A DNA stretch of 64,000 nt from Patescibacteria group bacterium (GCA_038063875.1 JBBTUH010000002.1:12530-76529), one strand, 5' to 3'. Shown: positions 1 through 10,410, counted from the first letter of the stretch. Numbers and translations: made by a program. The notes: a model not told the origin generated them from the letters alone.

Positions 1-50
1 CGTAACTTTGGATAAATTCCATCCGTGCAGTAAGACGACGTCAACCGTTT

Positions 51-1340
51 TCATATCTTGGCGCGAAATTGTTCTCGCGTCGCACCATGCACAACGTGAG
101 TGTTTTTTTTCACGATATAGGAGGGTTGTTTCCCTACACAAAACGATTGATCTTCTACATCTTTGACAATCGTTATCCCAGCGCCAATGCTTGTGTGTGA
201 CCCAATCTTTAGGCCGGGCATAATACTCACATTCACGCCAATCCGCACATGACTTGCTATCATCGCCCCGCACTTATTCTTTTGTGTTGATCCAATATCT
301 TGTTCATCAAGCCGAAGATTGGCAAGAACAGAACCAGAGCCCATACTTATATCCTTTTCCAACACACTGTCTCCTATGTAATTAGAGTGAAACCAACAAT
401 CATCACCGATATAACTTCTCGTGATATCTGTGTTAAATCCCGTTACACATCGTCGACCTATATGGCTCTCTCGTATAATATTGTTATTTCCTATAATAGA
501 TCCTTCACCGATAAATGCTGGTCCGATAATTTTTGTATTTTCATGAATTGTTACATTGTCTTCTATATACACATTCCCCTCTAGAATCACATTTTTTTTG
601 ATAATCACATTTCTGCCTGTTGTTCGATGAAGCTTAGACAAAAGCATCGCATTGACGTCTAGAACATGCCAAGGATACTTGAGAGTCGTAAATGCTCCCG
701 TATACGGAATCATAGTTACATGATGTGTTTTCATCACACTCGTCAATCCTTTTTCATAGATATCGTCAGACGAACCTTGAATTTCCCTCAGTATGTTTGC
801 AAATATTTGTGCGTCTTTGATGTATTGGCTAGATATATAGACAAACGGACTGGGTTCGTGTCCCTCTCCCGGTTTCTCGATAATTTCCGTCACTCGATCA
901 CCTATACATTCAAGATACCCACCGTGAAAATATTTCTCGGGCTTCCACCCCACTAATACGCCAAACACCGATGGATCGTCTGCTCGCTTTAGAATTTGAT
1001 CATAAAGTATCGGCTCTACCAGATCATCGGCTATCACAATTAAAACTGGATTATCACCAAGCCGATCCGCTACTGTCAAAAAAGCGTCAGCCATACCACG
1101 TGGTTTTTCTTGCACCACTACTTGATATGGTACTGGCAGTGATAACGACTCATATTGTGTTTTGGTTTCTGGCGGCGTCACAATGATGACTGATGAAAAA
1201 TTTCGTTTCGCGGCAATGCTGGCCACATGCCAAATAAGTGGCTTCCCTGCAAATGGAAATAATGGTTTATCTTTGGTAAATGGCCAAAAACGCTTGCCAG
1301 CGCCACCCGCAAGCAATACAAGAATTGGTGATTTTTTCAT
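51..1340 (-). CDS. Bifunctional sugar-1-phosphate nucleotidyltransferase/acetyltransferase (GlmU-like, archaeal-type)
   Basis: N-terminal LAGGAGKRFWP...KPL NTP-transferase motif and EKP; C-terminal hexapeptide left-handed beta-helix repeats; last gene of the mur operon. Confidence 0.8.
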   Translation of the reverse strand: MKKSPILVLLAGGAGKRFWPFTKDKPLFPFAGKPLIWHVASIAAKRNFSSVIIVTPPETKTQYESLSLPVPYQVVVQEKPRGMADAFLTVADRLGDNPVLIVIADDLVEPILYDQILKRADDPSVFGVLVGWKPEKYFHGGYLECIGDRVTEIIEKPGEGHEPSPFVYISSQYIKDAQIFANILREIQGSSDDIYEKGLTSVMKTHHVTMIPYTGAFTTLKYPWHVLDVNAMLLSKLHRTTGRNVIIKKNVILEGNVYIEDNVTIHENTKIIGPAFIGEGSIIGNNNIIRESHIGRRCVTGFNTDITRSYIGDDCWFHSNYIGDSVLEKDISMGSGSVLANLRLDEQDIGSTQKNKCGAMIASHVRIGVNVSIMPGLKIGSHTSIGAGITIVKDVEDQSFCVGKQPSYIVKKNTHVVHGATREQFRAKI

Positions 1341-2674
1341 TCTTCCTCCTTTACACGAGAAATGCTTGCGCCTAATTTTTGTAATCGTTCTACGATGTGC
1401 TCATACCCACGATCCATCTGTTCGACACCGTGCACATAACTTTTGCCCTTTGCAGTTAAGGCAGCCAAAACAAGTGTTGCACCAGCACGTAAATCATTCA
1501 TCGATAATACTGCATTATGAAGCTCGGTCTTGCCTGTAATGCGTATCGCCTGCTGACTCTCAACTGATTTATCTGCCCAATTGAAATTGTAATACGCTGA
1601 TGGATTTTTGACCTTTGGGGTAAAGTATTCAATTTTCGCTCCCATCTTATGGAGCTCTGAGACATAGCTAAATCGACTCTCAAAAACTGTCTCGTGGATA
1701 GTCGATACGCCCTTTGCTTGTGTCATAAAGACCGCCCATGGTCCTTGCCAATCCGTCATAAATCCTGGATGTGGCATAGTGACAACATCGGTGTTTCCAA
1801 CTGTGCCTGTCGCGAGACTATATCGCGTTTCAGTAGGAGAAATGACACTTGCGAGCCCACCAGCTTTGGTAAAAAATTCTAAAAACGTCGTAAGATGCAA
1901 AAGGTTTGAGTCATGAACAGTAATATTCCCACCTGTAATTGCAGCCGCGATGGCAAACGTCACTTCTTCATTACGATCCGGCATAATCCGATATGTGCAA
2001 CCATGTAAACTGGAAACACCGGTCACAACGATTTGTCGTGGCATCGGTCGTTTGATATTGGCTCCCATCGAAGTCAAAAGACTGATGAGATCGTCTACCT
2101 CTACCTCTTCTGCGGCATTGTCTATAACCGTCTCGCCCTCTGCAAGTACCGCCGCCAAAAGAATGGTTTCTGTGCCGGTATGTGTATTTTTGGGAAATGT
2201 GACATGCGTACCATGAAGCGTATCCGCCTTACCATAAAAATATCCGTCTTGTGAATTGTACGTAATCTGTGCACCCATTGCTCGTAATGCATCGATATGT
2301 CGATCTATTGGTCGTGCACCAATGCGACACCCTCCAGGATTTGGAATCTTTGCATCACCAAACCGAGACAGAAGAGGTCCTAAAAGCATCGCAGATGTTC
2401 GTATGCGTGCACCCAAATCCAGCGGCACCGTCGTACTTGCCACACCTTTATGCGTCAGTGTAACCTCGTGATCAGACCACGTGTGTTGTATCCCCATCTT
2501 TGAGAGAAGCTCTAATAAAAGATGCACATCGTGAATATGTGGCATATTTAAAAGTTTAAGCGGCTCATCCGTAAGAAGGGAAGCAACGAGAGCTTTGACC
2601 GCGACGTTTTTGGCGCCTGCTACCGTCACTTCTCCGATAAGTGGCTTTCCTCCCTCAATAACAAATGTATCCAT
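1337..2674 (-). CDS. murA: UDP-N-acetylglucosamine 1-carboxyvinyltransferase
   Basis: GAKN, PGGCRIGARPID with catalytic Cys, PHPGFMTD, FESRF, DLRAGA, DRGYE; start placed at MDTFVIEGG. Confidence 0.97.
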   Translation of the reverse strand: MDTFVIEGGKPLIGEVTVAGAKNVAVKALVASLLTDEPLKLLNMPHIHDVHLLLELLSKMGIQHTWSDHEVTLTHKGVASTTVPLDLGARIRTSAMLLGPLLSRFGDAKIPNPGGCRIGARPIDRHIDALRAMGAQITYNSQDGYFYGKADTLHGTHVTFPKNTHTGTETILLAAVLAEGETVIDNAAEEVEVDDLISLLTSMGANIKRPMPRQIVVTGVSSLHGCTYRIMPDRNEEVTFAIAAAITGGNITVHDSNLLHLTTFLEFFTKAGGLASVISPTETRYSLATGTVGNTDVVTMPHPGFMTDWQGPWAVFMTQAKGVSTIHETVFESRFSYVSELHKMGAKIEYFTPKVKNPSAYYNFNWADKSVESQQAIRITGKTELHNAVLSMNDLRAGATLVLAALTAKGKSYVHGVEQMDRGYEHIVERLQKLGASISRVKEEE

Positions 2675-2675
2675 A

Positions 2676-3656
2676 TTAGAACTCCCCAATACGCTCTATC
2701 TCTTCTGTAAGTGTAATCCCAAATTGCTCTTTCACTTTCGCTCTTGCGATCTCAATTAATTCTATCACGTCTTTTGCTGTCGCTTTTCCAGTATTCACGA
2801 TAAAATTGGCATGCTGGGGTGATATCATCGCACCACCCACCACAGTTCCTTTAAGCCCTACATGATCCAAAAGACGCCCCGCTGACATCGTACCATCAGG
2901 AGTAGATGCCAGAATCGCTTCAGATTGCGACAAATTACGAAATGTACATCCTGCGGTGAATACGCCTTGTGGTTGCGTATTTTTCCTATGAGCAATACTT
3001 TCGTTTGCAATAGCCCACAGTCTATCTTTATCGTAAGCCGTCAAAGCAAATACGACAGAAATCACAATATCATCGGTTGTTTGTAAACTACTCGTGTCGT
3101 AGGCGAAATGAAAGTACGACTGTGGGACTATCTTTTCTTCCCCTGTCTTGGTAACAATTCTTGCTTGATACACACAGTCACCGACATAGCCATTCGGATG
3201 CGTCCATTTAGAATTCATATACAAAGCACCCCCGACAGAGCCGGGGAGTCCCAAATGCATGTGAAGACCAGAAAGACCCTCATCTACCGTAAATCGCACC
3301 AGTAAATTTATCGGTACGCCTGACTCTGCTTCTACAAACACAGTCTTTTTTTCGATAGATCCTTGTTTTTGAGATTTGATTCCTTTGATGAGTATTTGTT
3401 TTGTTAAATTTCTTATAACCAGCCCTCGCACTCCTTTATCGCTAATGAGGATATTAGATCCTCCGCCAAGCATAAACACCGGCACAGAAAGTAACCGAGC
3501 GTGACTGACTGCCTGCAGTAATTCATCCGCGGTACGTGCTTCATAATACAAATCTGCAGGTCCACCAATTTTAAAGGTCGTAAGAGGACCTAACGGATGA
3601 TCTTCCTGTATTCTATCTCCTAAGATTTGTTTTAACTTTTGTAGTGATTTTGTCAT
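2676..3656 (-). CDS. murB: UDP-N-acetylenolpyruvoylglucosamine reductase
   Basis: TTFKIGGPAD, GGGSNIL, PGSVGGALYMN, AGCTFRN, HANFIVN. Confidence 0.96.
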   Translation of the reverse strand: MTKSLQKLKQILGDRIQEDHPLGPLTTFKIGGPADLYYEARTADELLQAVSHARLLSVPVFMLGGGSNILISDKGVRGLVIRNLTKQILIKGIKSQKQGSIEKKTVFVEAESGVPINLLVRFTVDEGLSGLHMHLGLPGSVGGALYMNSKWTHPNGYVGDCVYQARIVTKTGEEKIVPQSYFHFAYDTSSLQTTDDIVISVVFALTAYDKDRLWAIANESIAHRKNTQPQGVFTAGCTFRNLSQSEAILASTPDGTMSAGRLLDHVGLKGTVVGGAMISPQHANFIVNTGKATAKDVIELIEIARAKVKEQFGITLTEEIERIGEF

Positions 3657-3667
3657 ATTGAATAGTG

Positions 3668-3688
3668 CCTGCCTGCCGGCGAGGCAGG
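3668..3688. repeat. GC-rich palindromic element CCTGCCTGCCGGCGAGGCAGG (REP-like)
   Basis: 7-bp arms CCTGCCT/AGGCAGG in the short murC-murB spacer. Confidence 0.6.
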
Positions 3689-3689
3689 G

Positions 3690-5105
3690 TTATTTGTTAT
3701 TGAGATATTCCTTTCCCCATGTATAAATGTCTCCAGCGCCCATAAAAAGAATAACGTCGTTTGTTATTGAGAGTTTAGCAAGCGTTGCAAATACAGCATC
3801 TTTTGTTTTCGCATAGACGACGCTGTTGTGATGCTCTCGTACATGAGAAACCAACGTCTCACCCGTAATATCACGTGTGTCACTTTCTCTGGCTGATGCA
3901 TATATGTCCGTCAGCACTACTACATCCGCAGTATCAAAGCTTTTGGCAAAATCAGACAGAAGTATTTTTGTACGTGAGTACGTATGCGGTTGAAACACTG
4001 CGATAATTCGTTTTCCAGCATACCACTGCCTTGTAGCCTGCAATGTCGCTTGTATTTCTTTCGGATGGTGTGCATAATCATCGACGATGATGGCACCATT
4101 TTTTTCTCCGAGATATTCAAACCTTCTTTTCGTACCCCCAAAGTTTTTCAGTCCCTCTCGTATATGATCTAACGATATCCCTGCTGCCTGAGCCGCGATA
4201 ATCGCTGACGTCGCGTTTGAAATATTGTGTTTACCTGCCACCTTTATCACAAACTCACCCATGGAAACGCCTGCTTTTTCTAGCGTAAAAAATTGTCTCC
4301 CATCACCCTGACTTACATGTGTGATATGCACATCAGCTCTCGGAGAGAATCCATAACTAACCACAAATCTATTCGATAATAAAAAGCTGCTTTCTTCGTC
4401 ATCAATATTGACGACTAAGCATTGTGTATGGAAATCCATCTTGGCTACGAGTTTTTGGAATGCTTGTTTGACTGCCGATAAATCTTTGTATACATCAGGA
4501 TGATCAAAGTCGACATTGGTGACCACTACTATCTCAGGATGCGTCCAAAGAAATCGTGGTGTATCATCATGATGAGGATCGGTGACATATTCGTCCCCTT
4601 CGGCGATAAACCAGTTGCCTTTACCAAAATGTCCTGCGGCTCCCAATCCCGTGATAGCACCACACCCTATGGCATACGACGGCTGGAGCTTGGCTTCTTG
4701 AAAAATACATGCGACCATGGCACTGGTTGTCGTCTTCCCATGACTGCCAGCTACCACAACTTGTCGTTTGCCCTCCATAAACTCACCGAGTGCTTGCCCA
4801 TGTGGTAATGCTGGTATCCCTAGCGAGAGTGCAGCAACTACTTCCACATTGTCCCTTCCCCCATGCGCACCGGTATAAATAACAAGGTCAGGAATATCTT
4901 TTGAAAATCTCTGTGCGTCAAATCCGACAAAGATGGTGACTCCTTTTTCATGAAGTTCTTGATCTGTAGGGAAAATATCTTCTGTATCAGATCCAGTAAC
5001 CTTGACCCCAAGATCAGACAAATACGCAGCAAGCGCTGCCATAGCCACACCTTTCACGCCGACCAAATGAACGTACTTTAAGCGTTTGGGCAAATGATTT
5101 TTCAT
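3690..5105 (-). CDS. murC: UDP-N-acetylmuramate--L-alanine ligase
   Basis: HLVGVKGVAMAALA, AGSHGKTTT, DFDHPD, DDYAHHP, FQPHTYSRT, MGAGDI. Confidence 0.96.
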   Translation of the reverse strand: MKNHLPKRLKYVHLVGVKGVAMAALAAYLSDLGVKVTGSDTEDIFPTDQELHEKGVTIFVGFDAQRFSKDIPDLVIYTGAHGGRDNVEVVAALSLGIPALPHGQALGEFMEGKRQVVVAGSHGKTTTSAMVACIFQEAKLQPSYAIGCGAITGLGAAGHFGKGNWFIAEGDEYVTDPHHDDTPRFLWTHPEIVVVTNVDFDHPDVYKDLSAVKQAFQKLVAKMDFHTQCLVVNIDDEESSFLLSNRFVVSYGFSPRADVHITHVSQGDGRQFFTLEKAGVSMGEFVIKVAGKHNISNATSAIIAAQAAGISLDHIREGLKNFGGTKRRFEYLGEKNGAIIVDDYAHHPKEIQATLQATRQWYAGKRIIAVFQPHTYSRTKILLSDFAKSFDTADVVVLTDIYASARESDTRDITGETLVSHVREHHNSVVYAKTKDAVFATLAKLSITNDVILFMGAGDIYTWGKEYLNNK

Positions 5106-5137
5106 CCCGATAGTGTTATACATACTGCGTAATTTGA

Positions 5138-5869
5138 TTATAGTAAACGTTGATACCCTATAAACCCAATCATCTCACCAAATGTTTCTTTTGTGTCTTT
5201 TCGATATGAAAAAAATGCAGGATGTAGACTCGCGTTGCACATGTTTGCTGTTTCAATATGAGCTTTTCTGATACCACTCCCAAGAAATTGCTCAACGATA
5301 TTTGCTTCTAAATCAAGAAAAAATTCACCAGCCCTGACAACAAGCCCTTTTGCTGTCGTGCCAAATGCGTCGACAAATAATTGCATACGGTCAGTGTTTA
5401 CGTTGTAACAGCACGCGCCTATCGATGGACCCAGTACAACACGAATATTTTTAGCATTTGCACCCGCCGCAATCATTCTTTCTACTAAATATTTTGGAAT
5501 TTTGGCGACAGTACCTTTCCATCCGCAGTGAGCAACGCCGATAATGCGTTTTTGAGGGTCAACTGCCAGTATGGGCACACAATCGGCAGTTCTTACCGTT
5601 AGAAATATCTGATTTTGATCATCTGCTGTTATCAACCCATCCACACCATCAAACACACGAGTATTCTTTATTTTTGAGGTAATAGTCTCTATGTCACCGC
5701 CATGTATTTGTTGCGCTTGAACAAAAATCGTATCGTTGCCAAGAAACGATGCTACATTTTTTTTATCGCGCATATCGCCATGTTCTCTGGTGGTAAATCC
5801 ATGTTTCAAGCCCTCTATAGAAGAGAGGAGCGTAGATGTATATTCGCCGCGATATGATTTATGAAGCAT
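5138..5869 (-). CDS. pgeF: Peptidoglycan editing factor PgeF/YfiH family (purine nucleoside phosphorylase)
   Basis: HGFTTR, QIHG, TADCVPI, AHCGWKG, GPSIGACCY, FFSYR. Confidence 0.92.
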   Translation of the reverse strand: MLHKSYRGEYTSTLLSSIEGLKHGFTTREHGDMRDKKNVASFLGNDTIFVQAQQIHGGDIETITSKIKNTRVFDGVDGLITADDQNQIFLTVRTADCVPILAVDPQKRIIGVAHCGWKGTVAKIPKYLVERMIAAGANAKNIRVVLGPSIGACCYNVNTDRMQLFVDAFGTTAKGLVVRAGEFFLDLEANIVEQFLGSGIRKAHIETANMCNASLHPAFFSYRKDTKETFGEMIGFIGYQRLL

Positions 5870-7046
5870 AAAGCTTTAGACCTCTAAGGAGTGATTTCAC
5901 TTCTTTTTGATCACTCCATGGGTATTCAATAGTTCCTCTGCATAAACTTTTTTCGTGACCTTTTCCTGTAATAATCACACTATCTCCTTTTGTCGCTGTT
6001 TTTAATGCGAATTTGATGGCATCTTTTCGATTGGGAAATCGATAGACGGTCTTTCCGTCAGGAATGCCCGCTGCAATCTGATCCATAATCGTTTCTATAT
6101 CCTCTGTCCTGTAATCTTCTTCTGTAATGATACTGATATCAGCGTATGCTGCTGATTGTGCACCCATCATTGGACGTTTCGTGCTATCCCGAAGTCCGGC
6201 ACTGCCAAACACATGAATCACTCGTTTTTTGGTCATTTTGCGCACTGTTTTGAGCGCATTATCCAATGCATTTGGTGTGTGAGCAAAGTCGACAATCACC
6301 CGAAATGGCTTCTTTCCCACGACCTGCATGCGACCTACGACTCCTTGAAATGACGCAAGTGTTCGTTTCCAGACGAATGGTTTCACACCTAAGACTTCTG
6401 CCGTAGCAATTGCGGCGAGTGCATTGTAGCGATTAAATTCTCCCGGAAGCAGTATCTTAAGCGGATGCGTACTTGGATTGACCATACTATCCCTTCGAAT
6501 TCCATACGTCACATATCGTTTATGTTTAATGTATGGCAAGGATGCCGAAAATAAATCCGATTCATCACGATTGACGACTGCGACTCTGGAATGTTTAAAA
6601 AGGGATAACTTCGTAGCCAAATAATTCTCAAATGTGCCGTGCCAATCCAAATGCTCATGGGTCACGTTGGTAATCACGCCAACACTAAATGGGATACCTA
6701 AAACACGTGATTGTCCCAAGGCGTGAGAGGTCACCTCGAGAACTACATGCGTATCACCGTGGTTTAGTGCGTCCCGAAGATATTGTTGCACGGACCATGA
6801 GGTCGGCGTGGTGACATGAAAGCCGGTATCATACGAACGCCCAGCGATGACAGCGTGCACAGAGGTAATCATGGATGTTTTTATTTTTGCACGTTTGAGG
6901 ATTTCGTAGAGTATAGTCGCGGTTGTCGTCTTCCCGTCAGTACCTGTGACTCCAATAACCGTTAATTCTCGTGCGGGAAAGCCAAACCATATATTGGCGG
7001 CTATTGCGATGAAAAAATGGTATACCCTTTTTACGAGTTCTCCCAT
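5859..7046 (-). CDS. murE: UDP-MurNAc-tripeptide synthetase (short form lacking the usual N-terminal domain)
   Basis: GVTGTDGKTTT, HVTTP, LEVTSH, TNVTHEHLDWH, VDFAHTPNAL, GKGHE. Confidence 0.92.
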   Translation of the reverse strand: MGELVKRVYHFFIAIAANIWFGFPARELTVIGVTGTDGKTTTATILYEILKRAKIKTSMITSVHAVIAGRSYDTGFHVTTPTSWSVQQYLRDALNHGDTHVVLEVTSHALGQSRVLGIPFSVGVITNVTHEHLDWHGTFENYLATKLSLFKHSRVAVVNRDESDLFSASLPYIKHKRYVTYGIRRDSMVNPSTHPLKILLPGEFNRYNALAAIATAEVLGVKPFVWKRTLASFQGVVGRMQVVGKKPFRVIVDFAHTPNALDNALKTVRKMTKKRVIHVFGSAGLRDSTKRPMMGAQSAAYADISIITEEDYRTEDIETIMDQIAAGIPDGKTVYRFPNRKDAIKFALKTATKGDSVIITGKGHEKSLCRGTIEYPWSDQKEVKSLLRGLKLYAS

Positions 7047-7091
7047 GCTCGTATTATACCGTTTGAAGCAAAATTTACCAAAATCTCGCCT

Positions 7092-8771
7092 TTATCGAGG
7101 TCCTATGCCGTAGTAGGTAAAAAACTCGCGTGCGATCGTAAAAAAGAGTGGCGCTGCAGTCTCTGATCCCCACTGGGATGATTGCGGCTCGCGAAGGGTG
7201 ACAAGCATGACGAATTTGGGGTCATCAACCGGTGCAAATCCGACAAACGAGGCTATTGTTTTGGTTTCATCATAGTGACCTGCGACGGGAATCTGCGCTG
7301 TGCCAGTTTTACCAGCAATTCTGTACCCTACGGGTTTGGCCCATTTGGCTTCACCCTTATCCACTGCCTCCACCATCATTTCGGCAGTAATTCTTGCAGC
7401 TTCAGGGCTTACAACCTGTCGTACCACCTTAGGCTTGACTGCTATGACTCGACCTGATCCCTCACGTATCTCTTTGACAACATGGGGTTGCATGAGTTTA
7501 CCACCATTTGCCAGAGCCGCGACTGCAGTGACCATTTGAATTGGCGTCACCGCAATCCCTTGACCAAACGATGCCGTGAGCTCATCTACCTCTGCCCATG
7601 CATTATCATCACGAAGCGTTGGCGACGATTCGTCTTCTAAATCTATATTCGTCGGCTTCCCAAAACCAAATCGCTTAATGGCTGATAAAAGTCGGTCATG
7701 ACCTAGTTTTTTGGCGACAAAGACCATGCCAACGTTTGAAGAGTACTCGAGAACCTGTGTCATAGATATAGTACCGTGATATTCGTTGTTCCATGTACGT
7801 ATAAAATACGGTCCACTTTCGACCGGTCCTGACTCATCCATCATAGTTTGGGGTGTAATAAGCTTATCGTGTATCGCCGCGGCCATCACCAGTGACTTAA
7901 ACGTACTCCCTGGTTCATAACTCCCTGCGACCACAGGATTTATATACAATTCTTTAGGAAACGCCGCAAAGTTTGATGGATCGTAGTTAGGGAAGCTTGC
8001 CATAGCCAAAACACCACCTGTTTTGGGATCCAATACGACGACTGACCCTTCTTTCGCACCATATTTCTCCATACCCTCCTTGAGTCTGCGCTCCACGATT
8101 TCTTGTACAGCTTTCTCACTCCATAAGACAAGTGTTCGCCCATTTTCTGGCTCGACTCGTTGTTGCTCTCCTATAAGGATTGGCGCACCCTTGGCATCTT
8201 TTTCTAACCGAAGTTTTCCAGATACTCCTCTTAACTGACGATCATAAAACCCCTCTAATCCAAAATATCCACGATCTGTACCATTAACGTCAGAACCCAC
8301 AAATCCCAACATATGTGCAGCTGTAGAGGCCTCAGGATACATGCGCAGTGGCTCTTTCTCAAACCCGAGAGAGGATACATTCAACTTTTTTAGCGCCTCT
8401 ACCATGTTGCCGTCTGCTCGATGAACAAGTGGCGCCCATACGCTCTTTGGGTCGGACACGCTTTGTAAAACAACGGATTCCTCTTGACCGATAATAGGGG
8501 CAACGAGTTTGGCAAACTCTGTAGGATCGGGAATAACTCTGGGCTCTGCAAAGACAAGGTACGCTGGTTTGTTCACCACGATCTGATTATCTTCACGATC
8601 GACAATCGTGCCGCGAGCTGCAGGGAGGGTAAACTCGATGAAATGTTGTGCTGATGCTTCAGTTTGTAACCTGTCACTTGCTATCACCTGCCAATAAAAT
8701 AATCGCAGAGTAACACCCAAAAATCCGACAAGAATAGCAGAATAAATTATAGAGGGCCGTGAGGTACTCAT
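7092..8771 (-). CDS. ftsI: Class B penicillin-binding protein (FtsI/PBP3-like)
   Basis: N-terminal TM helix, RGTIVDR, RMYP, GLE, EPGSTFK (SxxK), SSN, KTGT; position in dcw cluster. Confidence 0.9.
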   Translation of the reverse strand: MSTSRPSIIYSAILVGFLGVTLRLFYWQVIASDRLQTEASAQHFIEFTLPAARGTIVDREDNQIVVNKPAYLVFAEPRVIPDPTEFAKLVAPIIGQEESVVLQSVSDPKSVWAPLVHRADGNMVEALKKLNVSSLGFEKEPLRMYPEASTAAHMLGFVGSDVNGTDRGYFGLEGFYDRQLRGVSGKLRLEKDAKGAPILIGEQQRVEPENGRTLVLWSEKAVQEIVERRLKEGMEKYGAKEGSVVVLDPKTGGVLAMASFPNYDPSNFAAFPKELYINPVVAGSYEPGSTFKSLVMAAAIHDKLITPQTMMDESGPVESGPYFIRTWNNEYHGTISMTQVLEYSSNVGMVFVAKKLGHDRLLSAIKRFGFGKPTNIDLEDESSPTLRDDNAWAEVDELTASFGQGIAVTPIQMVTAVAALANGGKLMQPHVVKEIREGSGRVIAVKPKVVRQVVSPEAARITAEMMVEAVDKGEAKWAKPVGYRIAGKTGTAQIPVAGHYDETKTIASFVGFAPVDDPKFVMLVTLREPQSSQWGSETAAPLFFTIAREFFTYYGIGPR

Positions 8772-8801
8772 CGAGTATATCGTACCATGTTTATATATCG
8801 A

Positions 8802-9104
8802 TTATGGCAGTGTGACGCCAAGGGCAACTGGAGCCTCAGACGAGAGTGCGACGATTTGATTTTTACGTGGTGGTTTAAATCCGAGCGCTTCTGCTTTGGT
8901 TCGCATGACAAGATATGACGAGGCCGATGCCACTTCTGTCACCAGCATATCGCGCATATCATTTTGGGTAGATAATTCATTGTCTAATTGACCGAGATTT
9001 TTCCCAAGGGTGGCTAGTTCGTTTGAGATCACAATTTGATAGATGACAAGGGTAACCGCAATAATCGGTAATATGATAAAAAAAAGTGATCCAATACGTT
9101 TCAT
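8802..9104 (-). CDS. Probable FtsL-like cell division protein
   Basis: 100 aa, single TM followed by a coiled coil ending KAEALGF; lies between rsmH and ftsI. Confidence 0.65.
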   Translation of the reverse strand: MKRIGSLFFIILPIIAVTLVIYQIVISNELATLGKNLGQLDNELSTQNDMRDMLVTEVASASSYLVMRTKAEALGFKPPRKNQIVALSSEAPVALGVTLP

Positions 9105-9964
9105 ATTTTTTTAGCAATGCGTAGTTTGGCACTTCGTGATCGTTTATTCTCGTATACCTCTTTTTCGCCTGCGACAATTGGGTGCTTGGTAATCACTCTC
9201 CATCCATCTCCCCTCATGTACTGCTTTACTATCCTGTCTTCTAGCGAATGAAAGGTAATAATCGCGAGTATTCCGTCTGGCTTTAGTATGTCTTGAACTT
9301 GTCCTAATGCTGTTTTTAAGCTTCCTAACTCATCGTTTACTGCAATGCGTAATGCTTGAAATACTCGAGATAATATCGGTGTCGCGTGCTCTCTAGAGCC
9401 GGCCATCTTCTCTATTACCTCTGCTATGTCAGTCACCGTTTCGATTTTCTTTATCTGACGGGAGCGACAAAGAGCGCGAGCAATTGGTAAAGCCAACTGT
9501 TCTTCGCTAAATTTTGCAATGCACTCATACAACTGCTCCTCGGTCATACGATTCACCAATTGGGCAGCAGTGTCTCCATCGTCTTTCGACATTCGTAAGT
9601 CGAGTGGAGCATCGGTGAATCGATAACTAAATCCTCGATTAGGTGTATCGAGCTGATGGCTAGATACGCCTAAATCAAACAATATTCCATCAATGTGCAA
9701 AAATTGGTTATCCGCAGCTATTTTTCCGATATCTCTGAAATTTCCCTGTACCAATGTGTAACCTTCATACTCTTGCAGTCTCTGTTTGGCTTCGTCAATC
9801 GCATCTGTATCTGTATCAATACCTAGTACTATGCCTTCACGTTTGAGAATCTCTTCTGTGTGTCCAGCACCCCCCAGTGTCGCATCGATATACTTCTTTC
9901 CCGTTTCTATCTCTAGCGCCTCAATCACTTCTGTCTTTAGTACTGGTGTGTGGTAATCGCTCAT
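9101..9964 (-). CDS. rsmH: 16S rRNA m4C1402 methyltransferase
   Basis: HTPVL, DATLGGAGH, DLGVSSHQLD, FQALRIAVN, FHSLEDR, RSRSAKLR. Confidence 0.97.
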   Translation of the reverse strand: MSDYHTPVLKTEVIEALEIETGKKYIDATLGGAGHTEEILKREGIVLGIDTDTDAIDEAKQRLQEYEGYTLVQGNFRDIGKIAADNQFLHIDGILFDLGVSSHQLDTPNRGFSYRFTDAPLDLRMSKDDGDTAAQLVNRMTEEQLYECIAKFSEEQLALPIARALCRSRQIKKIETVTDIAEVIEKMAGSREHATPILSRVFQALRIAVNDELGSLKTALGQVQDILKPDGILAIITFHSLEDRIVKQYMRGDGWRVITKHPIVAGEKEVYENKRSRSAKLRIAKKI

Positions 9965-10362
9965 GTTTGGCTTAACCTTTTCTCATACTCAATCCATAAT
10001 TTCGTGTCCCAGATTTCGAAATGATCTCCAGCGCCGACGACCTTTATATCACGAGTTATGGTGGCGTAGCTTTTGAGAGCTTGTGGTAGGACGATACGAC
10101 CTAACTTATCCATCTCTACCTTCTCTGCTCCCGAAAACAAATACCTCCGCACTTCTCGTGCTTTTTGGTCTGTGACAGGTGTTTCAAGGTGCTTTTGTGC
10201 CTCTGTTTCCCAAGCTTTTGTATCAAACCCAAATATACATCCGTCGTACCCTCTGGCTAATACTATTGCCCTCGCCTCGATCTCTTGCCGTATCTTACGT
10301 GGGAGCATTAACCTACTACGCTCATCTAATGCATGATCATATTCCCCTAGGAAAAGTTTCAT
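9961..10362 (-). CDS. mraZ: Division/cell wall cluster transcriptional repressor MraZ
   Basis: FLGEYDHALD..RL.LP, DKLGRIVLP, GAGDHFEIWD. Confidence 0.96.
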   Translation of the reverse strand: MKLFLGEYDHALDERSRLMLPRKIRQEIEARAIVLARGYDGCIFGFDTKAWETEAQKHLETPVTDQKAREVRRYLFSGAEKVEMDKLGRIVLPQALKSYATITRDIKVVGAGDHFEIWDTKLWIEYEKRLSQT

Positions 10363-10370
10363 GCTTTTAA

Positions 10371-10410
10371 TTTACCATATCTTCCCACTACATACCATCT
10401 TTTCCCATTT
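10371..10410 (-). promoter_or_regulatory. MraZ operator: four (A/G)TGG boxes at 10-bp period
   Basis: Minus strand reads ATGGGAAAAG ATGGTATGTA GTGGGAAGAT ATGGTAAA just upstream of mraZ; TTGACA (minus) at 10420-10425. Confidence 0.8.
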
